From an uncultured bacterium (lineage in GTDB: Bacteria; Verrucomicrobiota; Kiritimatiellia; RFP12; UBA1067): 35,455 nucleotides of DNA. The translations under genes were made by a program, and so were the position numbers. Positions 9,323 to 17,817 of this stretch are shown here, piece after piece. The stretch spans positions 1 to 35,455 of the forward strand of contig CACYCW010000054.1 in NCBI GenBank assembly GCA_902773015.1, given 5' to 3'. How positions within the stretch are numbered: position 1 is the first letter of the stretch; each line of letters begins with the position of its first letter. The notes beneath the pieces were generated by a model. It was not told the origin of the DNA. It searched no databases and worked only from the letters and a program-made list of their open reading frames with translations.

Positions 9323-10780
9323 ATGAGTGACATGGAAGGACGCAGGACAGGTGCAGGCGGTACGCTCCTGGCCGTGGTGCGCATTGCCATCGGCTGGCAC
9401 TTCCTCTACGAGGGGTTGTGGAAGCTCATGCAGGAGAAGGGCTGGAGCTGCGCTTCCTACCTGGATGCGGCGCAGGGCCCGCTGGCGGGGCTCTTCAAGT
9501 GGATGTCCTCGCAGGGGTGGCTCGTCGCGATCGGCGATTACGCGGTGATGATCGGCCTGACGCTCATCGGCATCTCGCTCATCACGGGTGTCCTTGCGCG
9601 CGTGGCGTCGATCTTCGGCATCGCGTTGATGGCGATGTTCTACTGCTGCCAGCCGCCGGAACCGTTTGCAGAGGCGTTCTCAGGTGCGGACGGTCGGTTC
9701 TTCATCCTTGAGCGCAATGCGATCGAGTCCATCGGGCTTCTGCTGATCGCGGTGACGCCGTGCTGGCGCGGCTTCGTGCGGACCCTCCTGCCTGGCATCC
9801 TCGTGCTCGTCGTGTTCGGCGGCGCTTTCTGGCATCAGTGCCGCATCGGTGCGTTCAAGCACGTCGAGGCCGTCACCTCGGCAACCGTCAAGGTGCACAA
9901 GTTCGTCGCGCTCGATGCGCTCAAGAAGCCGTTCACCGACCGGACGACGGTCGGCGGCGTGGAGATCTCGCGTCTCGCCCTCGGCGGCGATCTGATCTCA
10001 GGTCGCTCCCATGCCCGCGATCTCATCTGGACGGACGAGTTCATGCGTCGCTACAATTCGGGTGCCACACTCGAGAGAACCATCCACTACTGCCTCAAGT
10101 GCGGCATCGATACGGTCTTCGCCGAGGCCAACCTTCGCTCCTCCCTGTTCGAGCAGGCGAGGAAGTCCGGCGGTCGGCTCAAGTTCTTCGCGAACTGCGC
10201 CAGCGCCCAGGAGGCGCGCGCGGCGGCGGACGGTGGTGCGCGGAGCGTCTACCTGCGTCCTGAGCTTGCCGACGAACTGGCGAAGAAGGGCGATGCGGAA
10301 GGACTCAAGGCAATCTTCGCCGCGTTCAAGGCGACGGCACTCTCGGTCGGTGTTGGTGCCGAGGACGTGGCGACCGTGAAGTTCTGCGTGGCGAACGGGG
10401 TCGTACCTGACTACTGGGTGCTGGCCTATCATTCGCTCAATTACGCGGCCGCGACGATGAAGCCGCGCTGCAACAACATCTGGTGCGAGGACCCTGTGGC
10501 GGCTGCGGCCTACATGAAGACGCGCAAGGAGCCGTGGGTGGCGATACGCGTGCTCGCGGGCGGGGCGCTCCAGCCTGTTGACGCCTATCACTTCGCGAGG
10601 GACGGTGGTGCGTCGGCAGTGGCCATCGACCTCCTCGACTATCGCATCGTCGAGACGGTGAACGACGCGACGCTGACGCGCGATGAATATCAGAAGAAGA
10701 AGGCGCCGAAAGGCAAGACACCGCCGGGGCCGTCCTCGCCTGCCGCCAAGGGAGCAAAGGGGAAGGAGAAGACGAAGTGA
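9323..10780 (+). CDS. Fusion protein: N-terminal DoxX-family membrane domain (about 5 TM) plus a ~270-aa uncharacterised domain (AKR/TIM-barrel-like?) plus a Lys-rich tail
   Basis: 'RIAIGWHFLYEGLWKL' DoxX-type first helix and further hydrophobic helices. The C-domain is clearly paralogous to the 11253-12272 product (e.g. 'TVKFCVANGVVPDYW' vs 'TVKFCVEHDCIPDFW'; 'EPWVAIRVLAGG' vs 'EPWIAFKVLGAG'). ATG at 9323 chosen over the 9239 alternative start because of the promoter position. Confidence 0.7.
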   Translation: MSDMEGRRTGAGGTLLAVVRIAIGWHFLYEGLWKLMQEKGWSCASYLDAAQGPLAGLFKWMSSQGWLVAIGDYAVMIGLTLIGISLITGVLARVASIFGIALMAMFYCCQPPEPFAEAFSGADGRFFILERNAIESIGLLLIAVTPCWRGFVRTLLPGILVLVVFGGAFWHQCRIGAFKHVEAVTSATVKVHKFVALDALKKPFTDRTTVGGVEISRLALGGDLISGRSHARDLIWTDEFMRRYNSGATLERTIHYCLKCGIDTVFAEANLRSSLFEQARKSGGRLKFFANCASAQEARAAADGGARSVYLRPELADELAKKGDAEGLKAIFAAFKATALSVGVGAEDVATVKFCVANGVVPDYWVLAYHSLNYAAATMKPRCNNIWCEDPVAAAAYMKTRKEPWVAIRVLAGGALQPVDAYHFARDGGASAVAIDLLDYRIVETVNDATLTRDEYQKKKAPKGKTPPGPSSPAAKGAKGKEKTK

Positions 10781-11256
10781 AGATTGCGATTGCGAAATGG
10801 CATCGGCAGGCGTTCGGCGCGGCCGAGAGGGCCTGGGATCCGGTCTGGACGTTGCTGCGTTTCGCGCTCGGCTGGCATCTCGCCTATCTCGGCGTGTGGG
10901 CGCTGACATCCGTGTGGGACTACTCCTGGGTGGGCTGCTTCCGCTGCGCCCACTGGATATTCGGGGATTTCCTGCGGGCGGTCGGGAATTCCGGGGCGAT
11001 GGACGTCGTCGACCTATGCCTGGCGTGGGGGCTGCTGATCGCGGGCATCCTGCTGATGCTCGGTCGGGGCGCACGCATCGGCGCGGTGTTCGGCATCATC
11101 TACCTGCTGCTCATCTACGTGCTCAATCCACCTCACTTCGGGCATACGGGCGAGAGCCATTTCATGTATATCGACCGCAACTTGATCGAGGTGCTGATGC
11201 TGCTTCTCGTGCTGTTTGACAGGCGGAAGGTATGCAAGAAGGAGGTGGAGTCATGA
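10777..11256 (+). CDS. Stand-alone DoxX-family membrane protein (4 TM)
   Basis: 'LLRFALGWHLAYLGVWAL' plus three more hydrophobic helices. GTG start overlaps the upstream stop (GTGA at 10777-10780). Confidence 0.6.
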   Translation: MKIAIAKWHRQAFGAAERAWDPVWTLLRFALGWHLAYLGVWALTSVWDYSWVGCFRCAHWIFGDFLRAVGNSGAMDVVDLCLAWGLLIAGILLMLGRGARIGAVFGIIYLLLIYVLNPPHFGHTGESHFMYIDRNLIEVLMLLLVLFDRRKVCKKEVES

Positions 11257-12272
11257 GCAAGGAGGGAAACCTCAGCCGTCGGGAGCTCATTCTGGGCGGG
11301 GCGTCGCTGGCGGCGCTGGGCGGTGCGGCGGCCTACACCCGCGTGATGCGGAAGAAGGATGTCGTGCGCGCGACCGGCCCGGCGATTTCCGCGTTCCTGC
11401 CGGAGCGCGATCTCGCCGGCCTCGGGCATCCGATCAACCAGTATGCGAAGATCGGCAACGTCACGCTCTCGCGTCTCATCCTCGGCGGCAACATGATCGG
11501 CGGGTGGGCGCATTGCCGCGACATGCGGTTCTACGATCGACTCGTCAAGGCCTACTTCGCCGACGAGAGGATATTTCGCAACTTTCGCATCGCCGAGGAA
11601 TGCGGCGTGAACACCATCCTTACCAATCCGGCGCTGATGCGCGTCATAAACCGCTACTGGCGCGAGGAGGGCGGCAAGATCCAGTTCATCTCCGACTGCG
11701 GCTACCCAGGCGGTGTCATCGCGGGGGCGCGGGTGAGCGTGGAGAACGGCGCCTCGATCGTGTACGCCCATGGTGGCCACTCCGACTCCAATGCGGCGAA
11801 GGGGAACTGGAAGTTCTTCCGCGAATACCTCGATGAGTCGCGCAAGCTGGGCGTTCCCGTGGGCATCGGCTGTCACGCGCTCAAGACGGTGAAGTTCTGC
11901 GTGGAGCACGACTGCATCCCGGACTTCTGGATGAAGACCGTGCATCGCGTCGACTATCCCACGGCGCATCTCGGCGAGGACATCGGCAAGACTTCCGCTG
12001 TCGGCATCGGCGTGTGCGACAACCGGTTCGTGGACACCGATCGACAGGAGGTGTTTGACTACATGGCCACGCGGCCGGAGCCGTGGATCGCCTTCAAGGT
12101 CCTGGGCGCGGGCATCGAGCACCCCAAGGGCGCCTTCCCCGTCTCGTATGACGGCGGGGCAGACTTCATCTGTTGCGGCATGTACGACTACCAGGTCGTT
12201 GATGACGTCAACATCACCAACGAGTACTTCGCGAAAGGACTCCCGAAGCGCCGCCGCGAGTGGCACGGGTAA
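11253..12272 (+). CDS. Tat-signal periplasmic protein, paralog of the C-terminal domain of the 9323-10780 fusion (family not recognised; AKR/TIM-barrel-like pattern)
   Basis: SD AAGGAGGTGGAG, ATG at 11253 overlapping the DoxX stop (ATGA). Twin-arginine 'SRRELILGGASLAALGGAAAY'. 'LSRLILGGNMIGGWAHCRD' and 'ECGVNTILTN' parallel 'ISRLALGGDLISGRSHARD' and 'KCGIDTVFAE' in the fusion. Confidence 0.7.
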   Translation: MSKEGNLSRRELILGGASLAALGGAAAYTRVMRKKDVVRATGPAISAFLPERDLAGLGHPINQYAKIGNVTLSRLILGGNMIGGWAHCRDMRFYDRLVKAYFADERIFRNFRIAEECGVNTILTNPALMRVINRYWREEGGKIQFISDCGYPGGVIAGARVSVENGASIVYAHGGHSDSNAAKGNWKFFREYLDESRKLGVPVGIGCHALKTVKFCVEHDCIPDFWMKTVHRVDYPTAHLGEDIGKTSAVGIGVCDNRFVDTDRQEVFDYMATRPEPWIAFKVLGAGIEHPKGAFPVSYDGGADFICCGMYDYQVVDDVNITNEYFAKGLPKRRREWHG

Positions 12273-12280
12273 GACTGGCC

Positions 12281-13066
12281 ATGACAGTCGTCGTCTGCAT
12301 CAAGCAAGTGCCGGACTCGACGAACGTCCGCATCGACCCGAGGACCAACACCCTCATGCGCGAGGGCGTCGAGTCGATCCTGAATCCATTCGACGCATTC
12401 GCGCTCGAGCAGGGGCTCGCGCTGAAGGACGCGCTCGGCGTGCGCCTCGTGGCGGTTTCGATGGGTCCGCCGCAGGCGGCCGCCGTCCTGCGCGAGGCGC
12501 TTGCCTGCGGTGCTGATGAGGCCTTTCTCGTTTCGTCTCGCGCCTTTGGCGGCGCGGACACGCTCGCGACGAGCTACACGCTTTCGCGGGCGATTCGCAC
12601 CGCCTGCGGCGGGCGCCCCGACCTCGTTCTCTTCGGCAAGCAGGCGATTGACGGCGATACGGCCCAGGTGGGGCCCGGCGTGAGCGAGTTCCTCGACCTG
12701 CCGCTCGTCACCTACGTGAAGGCGCTTTCCGTCACCCCGGACGCCGCCTTTCGCGTGACGACGTCGATGGACGACGGCGAGCACGTGATCGAGGGACGGC
12801 TGCCCGCCGTGATGACGGTTACCAAGGACGCCGCGCCCCCGCGCTTCGCCCCGCTCGCTGGCGCGATGCGCGCGGCAAAGGCGAAGATCACGGTTTTGGA
12901 CGAGAAGGCGATCGCGGCGGATCCCATTCGCATCGGCCTCACCGGCTCCCCGACCAAGGTGGTGACGATCTTCCCGCCGCCGGTGAAGGGCGGAGGTCGC
13001 AAGATCGAGTGGAGGGGTGATGCCGCCGCGCTCGCGCATGAGATTCGGGAGGCGATTCATGGCTGA
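12281..13066 (+). CDS. etfB: Electron transfer flavoprotein, beta subunit
   Basis: 'MTVVVCIKQVPDSTNVRIDPRTNTLMREGV...ILNPFDAFALE' is the canonical EtfB/FixA N-terminus. ATG at 12281 preferred over the upstream GTG. Confidence 0.9.
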   Translation: MTVVVCIKQVPDSTNVRIDPRTNTLMREGVESILNPFDAFALEQGLALKDALGVRLVAVSMGPPQAAAVLREALACGADEAFLVSSRAFGGADTLATSYTLSRAIRTACGGRPDLVLFGKQAIDGDTAQVGPGVSEFLDLPLVTYVKALSVTPDAAFRVTTSMDDGEHVIEGRLPAVMTVTKDAAPPRFAPLAGAMRAAKAKITVLDEKAIAADPIRIGLTGSPTKVVTIFPPPVKGGGRKIEWRGDAAALAHEIREAIHG

Positions 13067-14312
13067 TGCGCCGATTCTCATCGAACGGGCGAAGTGCACG
13101 GGCTGCGGCAAGTGCGTGAATGGCTGTGGCTTCGCTGCGCTTCGGCTTGTCGACGCGCCTGGGGCGAATCGCCTCGGCCGGCTCGCTGAGGTCGACCCGA
13201 GCGCCTGCAAGGCCTGCTCGGCCTGCGTGAAGGCGTGTCCGTTCCATGCGATCGCCGAGACGAAGACCGAGATCCGCGGCACCGAGGGGCTTGAGAGCTA
13301 TCATGACATCTGGGTGTTTTCCGAGCAGACTGCGGGGCGCATTGCCGAGGTCGCCTTCGAGCTGCTTGGCAAGGGACTCGCGCTCAAGGCTCAGCGGGGT
13401 GATGGCTGCCGTCTCTGCGCGGTGCTGCTGGGGAGCGGCGTCACCGCCGCGATGACCGATCCGCTTGTCGCCGCCGGGGCTGATGTCGTCTATGTCGTCG
13501 ACAGTCCCGCACTCGCCGACTATGATGCCGACGTCTACGTCGATGCAGTGGCGAAGCTCGTCGAGCGCCACCACCCCGAGGTGGTCCTTGCCGGTGCGAC
13601 GGCCATCGGCCGTGCGTTCTTCGCCAAGGTGGCGGTGCGCGTGCGCACCGGGCTCACGGCGGACTGCACGGCGCTGCGCATCGAGGAGACGCACAACAAG
13701 GATACCGGTGCGATGCAGATGCTCCTCCACCAGACGCGACCCGCGTTCGGCGGCAACATCATGGCGACCATCATGACGCCGAACCACCGTCCCCAGATGG
13801 CGACCGTGCGTCCGAAGGTCTTCAAGAGGAGGAACGGTTCGGAGAAGGGGCCGGGAGCGAAAGGGGAGGTCCTGCGCGAGGCGCTGGAGCTGATTGCGCC
13901 GCGCACTCGGCTTGTCGAGACCGTGCGTGACCCGGACGCGGTTGACATCGCCGCGGCCGCGGTGCTGGTCGCAGGCGGTCGCGGGCTGAAGGGCGCGGCG
14001 GCGTTCGGCCTTCTTCGCGAGTTGGCGGATCTTCTCGGCGGTGAGGTCGCGGCCTCTCGTGCGGCAGTGGACGCAGGCTGGGCGCCGCAGAGCCGCCAGG
14101 TCGGCCAGACCGGGCGCGCCGTCGTGCCGAAGCTCTACCTCGCCTTCGGCATCTCCGGCGCCATCCAGCATCTCGAGGGCATCCGCGGCGCCGACCGCGT
14201 CATTGCCGTCAACACCGACCCCAATGCGCCGATCTTCGGTGTCGCCGACCTCGGCATCGTCGGGGATGCGACCGAGATCATCCCCGCACTCATCAAGGAG
14301 ATCCGGAAATGA
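13059..14312 (+). CDS. etfA: Electron transfer flavoprotein, alpha subunit, with N-terminal 2x[4Fe-4S] ferredoxin domain
   Basis: Two CxxCxxCxxxCP-type motifs ('CTGCGKCVNGCGF', 'CKACSACVKACPF'), then an EtfA body and C-terminal FAD motif 'LYLAFGISGAIQHLEGI'. ATG overlaps the etfB stop (ATGGCTGA). Confidence 0.85.
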   Translation: MADAPILIERAKCTGCGKCVNGCGFAALRLVDAPGANRLGRLAEVDPSACKACSACVKACPFHAIAETKTEIRGTEGLESYHDIWVFSEQTAGRIAEVAFELLGKGLALKAQRGDGCRLCAVLLGSGVTAAMTDPLVAAGADVVYVVDSPALADYDADVYVDAVAKLVERHHPEVVLAGATAIGRAFFAKVAVRVRTGLTADCTALRIEETHNKDTGAMQMLLHQTRPAFGGNIMATIMTPNHRPQMATVRPKVFKRRNGSEKGPGAKGEVLREALELIAPRTRLVETVRDPDAVDIAAAAVLVAGGRGLKGAAAFGLLRELADLLGGEVAASRAAVDAGWAPQSRQVGQTGRAVVPKLYLAFGISGAIQHLEGIRGADRVIAVNTDPNAPIFGVADLGIVGDATEIIPALIKEIRK

Positions 14313-15910
14313 TCGAGACGGACGTTCTGATCGTGGGCGCGGGCCCGGCCGGTCTCGCCACTGCCATTTCGCTCAAGCGGTGCGGCTTTGCCGGTCGTGT
14401 CGTCGTCATCGACAAGGGATGCGCCGTCGGTAGTCACGTCCTCTCCGGCGCGGTCATGGATCCCGCTGGCTTCCGCGAACTGCTGACGGAGGAGGAGATC
14501 GCGAAGCTGCCCGTCGAGGCGCACGTCAATCGCGAGAGTTTCCGGTTCATCTTCGGCGCCAAGGCCTCGATGCCCATCCCGTGGGTGCCGCCGATGATGC
14601 AGGCGCACGGCTTTCCCGTCGGCTCGCTCACCAAGGTGGCTCGCTACCTCGCCTCGATCGCCGAGCGTCTCGGGGCGGAGGTCTACACCGGTTATGCGGT
14701 GACCGAGCTGATTGAGCGGGACGGCGTCGTCGTCGGGGCGCGCACGGGCGAGAAGGGGCTCGCGGCGGACGGACGACCCAAGTCGAACCATCTCGCGAGC
14801 GAGGAGATTGCCGCGAAGGTGACCGTGCTCGCCGAAGGCGGCGCAGGCGTTCTCACGGATCGTCTCGTGGAGGCGAAGGGCCTTGCCGGGAGACGTCCGC
14901 AGAGCTACGCGATTGCCGTCAAGGAGCTGATCGAACTGGCCGAGCCGGTCGCTGGCTCTGGCGGCACGATCATGCACACCTTCGGCTATCCGGTGAATCT
15001 GTGGACGTATGGCGGCGGTTTCGTCTATCACGTGAGCGACAGCCGCGTGATGGTCGGCTACGCGCTCGGACTCGACTACATAGACGCGACGCTCGATGTG
15101 CATGAGATCTTTCGTCGATACAAGGCGACGGGCGCGGTCGGGCGGCACATCAGCGGCGGCAAGGCCGTCGCCTATGGCGCGAAGGTGATTCCGGAAGGCG
15201 GTTTCTACGCGATGCCGCGTCCGCACGCTCTCGGCGCGCTGATCGTCGGCGACGGGGCGGGGCTGCTCGACGGGCTGCGCATCAAGGGCATCCACATCGC
15301 GATCGAGAGCGGCATCGCGGCGGCGGCGGCGATCGCCGAGACATCCGCCGACGCTGCGGCGGTCGGTGAACGTTATCACGCTCTTCTACGTGCGACGCGC
15401 GGCTATGCCGAGGTGAGACGCGTGAAGAACGTGCATGGCGGCTTCACCCGCGGCGCGCCGTTCGGCGTGGCGATGGCGGGTCTCGCCTGGGCGACCTTCG
15501 GGCGGTTTCCCTTCTGGATGTTCGGCCGTCGTCATCGTGACAGCGAGACGATGCGCGAGCTGCGGCCTGGTGCGCTCGAAGCGGCGGCCCGGTGCGCGGC
15601 GGATCCGGCCATCAGGGCCTTCCCCGATCGGCTGACCGACGTCTTCATGAGCGGCACGCTGCATGAGGAGGACCAGCCGTGCCATCTGCATCTCGTGGAT
15701 CCGGCTCGATGCGAGGCGTGCGAACGCCGCTTCGGGAGCCCCTGCACGCGCTTCTGCCCGGCGGAGGTCTATCGCCGCGACGAGGGCCGGCTGCGCATCG
15801 ACTTCTCGAACTGCCTTCACTGCAAGACCTGCCGCATCAAGTGTCCGCTCGAGAACGTCGAGTGGCGCTTCCCGCAGGGCGGTGACGGTCCGCGCTACAC
15901 GATGATGTGA
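14309..15910 (+). CDS. Electron transfer flavoprotein:quinone oxidoreductase (ETF-QO / FixC-FixX-like, fused 4Fe-4S domain)
   Basis: 'DVLIVGAGPAGLATA' FAD fold. C-terminal 'CPAEVY...CLHCKTCRIKCP...PQGGDGPRY' is typical of ETF-QO. ATGA overlap with etfA. Confidence 0.85.
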   Translation: MIETDVLIVGAGPAGLATAISLKRCGFAGRVVVIDKGCAVGSHVLSGAVMDPAGFRELLTEEEIAKLPVEAHVNRESFRFIFGAKASMPIPWVPPMMQAHGFPVGSLTKVARYLASIAERLGAEVYTGYAVTELIERDGVVVGARTGEKGLAADGRPKSNHLASEEIAAKVTVLAEGGAGVLTDRLVEAKGLAGRRPQSYAIAVKELIELAEPVAGSGGTIMHTFGYPVNLWTYGGGFVYHVSDSRVMVGYALGLDYIDATLDVHEIFRRYKATGAVGRHISGGKAVAYGAKVIPEGGFYAMPRPHALGALIVGDGAGLLDGLRIKGIHIAIESGIAAAAAIAETSADAAAVGERYHALLRATRGYAEVRRVKNVHGGFTRGAPFGVAMAGLAWATFGRFPFWMFGRRHRDSETMRELRPGALEAAARCAADPAIRAFPDRLTDVFMSGTLHEEDQPCHLHLVDPARCEACERRFGSPCTRFCPAEVYRRDEGRLRIDFSNCLHCKTCRIKCPLENVEWRFPQGGDGPRYTMM

Positions 15911-15949
15911 ACCTGCGTCTTGACTGCGGTGGCAGAGGGGAGCGGTTTT

Positions 15950-15958
15950 TGCTATAAT
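15950..15958 (+). promoter_or_regulatory. Extended -10 element TGCTATAAT upstream of the methyltransferase gene
   Basis: TGCTATAAT read at 15950-15958, 10 nt before the ATG at 15969 (so a very short or leaderless mRNA). Only a weak -35 (GTGGCA, 18-bp spacer). Confidence 0.45.
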
Positions 15959-15968
15959 ACCTCCCCAA

Positions 15969-16991
15969 ATGGAATTGACCGAGCAGAGCGCAAGGCGACA
16001 GACGAGAACGCTGTTGGTTGGCTACCGGGCGGCGGATCTCACGCCGCGGCTTCTGGAAGGTGACGTGACGTGTCACGTGCTGGACATCTACCACCGTCAC
16101 GCGATCGAGAAGACCCACCACGCCAAGGTGCTCTGCTCACCCCATCTGCCCGAAGGTCCGTGGGATCTCATCCGCTTTCGAACGGGCCCCGGTCTGATGA
16201 GTGGAGAACTGGCGCTCGATCTCCTGCAGGAGTGCTCAGCCTTCGGATGTCCGGTTGAGCTCGATTATGTCGGCAAGGAGCGTGACCGCAACGACCTCCT
16301 TGCGAAGATCAGGGATGATCCGACGCGGCACCGGAGCTTCAAGGCGGAATGGCCGGCGAGCGTTCCCGGCGGCGAACGGCTCATGTTCACGAGCTACCCG
16401 GGCTGCTTCTGCCACCGTCGCCTAGACGAAGGCGGTCTTGCCCTTGCCGAGGTCGTCTCGCGCGAGCTGCTCGACGACCCGAGGCTGACTGCTCCAGGTC
16501 AAAAGCTCAGGTTGCTCGATATGGGCTGCGGCTGCGGTCTTGTCGGCCTCCTCGTCATTCGCCGCCTTTCAAACTCTACAAACCCTTCGGACCTTTCCCT
16601 TGTGATGGTCGACTCACATGCGAGGGCGGTTGAGGCGGCACGGGAGAACGCCTTGAAGTTTGGGATTGCCGCGGAGGTGATCCTCGCTGACAACGGCTCG
16701 CCGGCTCGAATGGACGGCACGTTCGACGTGTTCGTCGGGAATCCGCCCTACTACAGCGACTATCGCATCGCCGAGGTGTTCCTTGAAACGGCGCGTCGCG
16801 CCCTGAAGCCTGGCGGCATCTGCTACACCGTCGTCAAGAACGCGGCTGGGTTGAAGCCTGTTCAGGAACGCTACTTCCCTCGGGTCGACGTCATTCCCAG
16901 GCGGGGTTATAGCGTCCTGCGAAGCGTGACCCCGGCGACCGACGGCATTCGTTCTCATCGACAGCCGCCGACGGCATTCGGCAGTCATTGA
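15969..16991 (+). CDS. Class I SAM-dependent methyltransferase, RsmC/RlmG-like (rRNA m2G type)
   Basis: 'LLDMGCGCGLVGLLV' SAM motif I and 'FVGNPPYY' motif IV, preceded by 'FTSYPGCFCHRRLDEGG' typical of the MTS small-domain family. Confidence 0.7.
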   Translation: MELTEQSARRQTRTLLVGYRAADLTPRLLEGDVTCHVLDIYHRHAIEKTHHAKVLCSPHLPEGPWDLIRFRTGPGLMSGELALDLLQECSAFGCPVELDYVGKERDRNDLLAKIRDDPTRHRSFKAEWPASVPGGERLMFTSYPGCFCHRRLDEGGLALAEVVSRELLDDPRLTAPGQKLRLLDMGCGCGLVGLLVIRRLSNSTNPSDLSLVMVDSHARAVEAARENALKFGIAAEVILADNGSPARMDGTFDVFVGNPPYYSDYRIAEVFLETARRALKPGGICYTVVKNAAGLKPVQERYFPRVDVIPRRGYSVLRSVTPATDGIRSHRQPPTAFGSH

Positions 16992-16998
16992 TCTCGAA
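16936..16998 (+). repeat. TCGACrGC-family repeat patch with a 13-bp direct repeat CCGACGGCATTCG (16939-16951, 16968-16980)
   Basis: Read directly. Covers the last ~18 codons and the stop of the methyltransferase ORF. Confidence 0.5.
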
Positions 16999-17027
16999 CC
17001 AACCAAAAACCAAGAAACCAGACAGCC

Positions 17028-17762
17028 ATGTTCCGTAACCGTTACCAGATCTGCGAGCTCTTCGGCATTCCGATCTACATCCAGTCCTCGTTCATCTTCC
17101 TGCTGATCCTGTTCGTGATGGACATGGGCTCGTTCAGCTACGGGCTCTCGGTCGCCCTGGTGCTGGCGATCTCGGTGACTCTGCACGAGCTCGCGCACGC
17201 GCTCACCGCGCGGGCGTTCGGCTACCGCACGAACGACATCACGCTCTCGCTGCTCGGCGGCTGCGCCTCGCTCATTGCGCTCCCGCGCAAGGCCTGGCAG
17301 GAACTCCTCACGGCGCTTGCGGGACCGCTCATGAGCTTTGCGATCTCGGGCGTCGCGCTGCTCGTCTCCTTTCTCGTGCCGATTGAGAACCACTATGTCG
17401 CGTTCGTCCTGGCCTATGCCTTTTGGATGAACATCATGCTCGGCGGCTTCAACCTGCTGCCAGGGTTCCCGATGGACGGCGGACGCATATTCCGCTCGGT
17501 GATGCAGGCTTTCTTGTCACGGGCGAAGGCGACGCTGGTGGCGATGTGGGTGGGGCGCGCGTTCGCGATCCTGCTCGCGCTGAGAGGACTCTGGTCAATC
17601 GTGAACGGCGGCAGCTGGGGCTTCATCTCGATCCTGATCGCGTGGATGATCTGGCGCGAGGGGATGCGCGAGTACCAGATGGCGCTCGCGGAAGAGGACT
17701 TCCGTCGATGGACGCAGGACGACTTCAACGCCCGCGTCTCCCCTCCGCCATACGATCGGTGA
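17028..17762 (+). CDS. Site-2 protease family (M50) membrane metalloprotease
   Basis: 'HELAHAL' HExxH inside a TM helix and 'NLLPGFPMDGGR' second metal-ligand motif. Multi-TM. Confidence 0.85.
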   Translation: MFRNRYQICELFGIPIYIQSSFIFLLILFVMDMGSFSYGLSVALVLAISVTLHELAHALTARAFGYRTNDITLSLLGGCASLIALPRKAWQELLTALAGPLMSFAISGVALLVSFLVPIENHYVAFVLAYAFWMNIMLGGFNLLPGFPMDGGRIFRSVMQAFLSRAKATLVAMWVGRAFAILLALRGLWSIVNGGSWGFISILIAWMIWREGMREYQMALAEEDFRRWTQDDFNARVSPPPYDR

Positions 17763-17780
17763 GCGCGCAACGCGCGATTA

Positions 17781-17789
17781 TGATATAAT
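17781..17789 (+). promoter_or_regulatory. Extended -10 element TGATATAAT upstream of prs
   Basis: Read at 17781-17789, 28 nt before the prs ATG. Preceded by the GC palindrome GCGCGcaaCGCGC (17763-17775) just after the M50 stop. Confidence 0.45.
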
Positions 17790-17817
17790 ATGGCGACCGA
17801 TTCGAAAGGAAAGAGCG

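Noticed and set aside
15920-15925. Perfect-looking -35 TTGACT upstream of the methyltransferase promoter.
   Set aside because: It is 27 bp from the -10 hexamer, too far for a sigma70 spacer. The promoter is better explained as an extended -10 type.
17763-17775. GCGCGcaaCGCGC palindrome after the M50 stop as a terminator.
   Set aside because: The stem is only 5 bp with no U-tract. It is mentioned only as context for the prs promoter.
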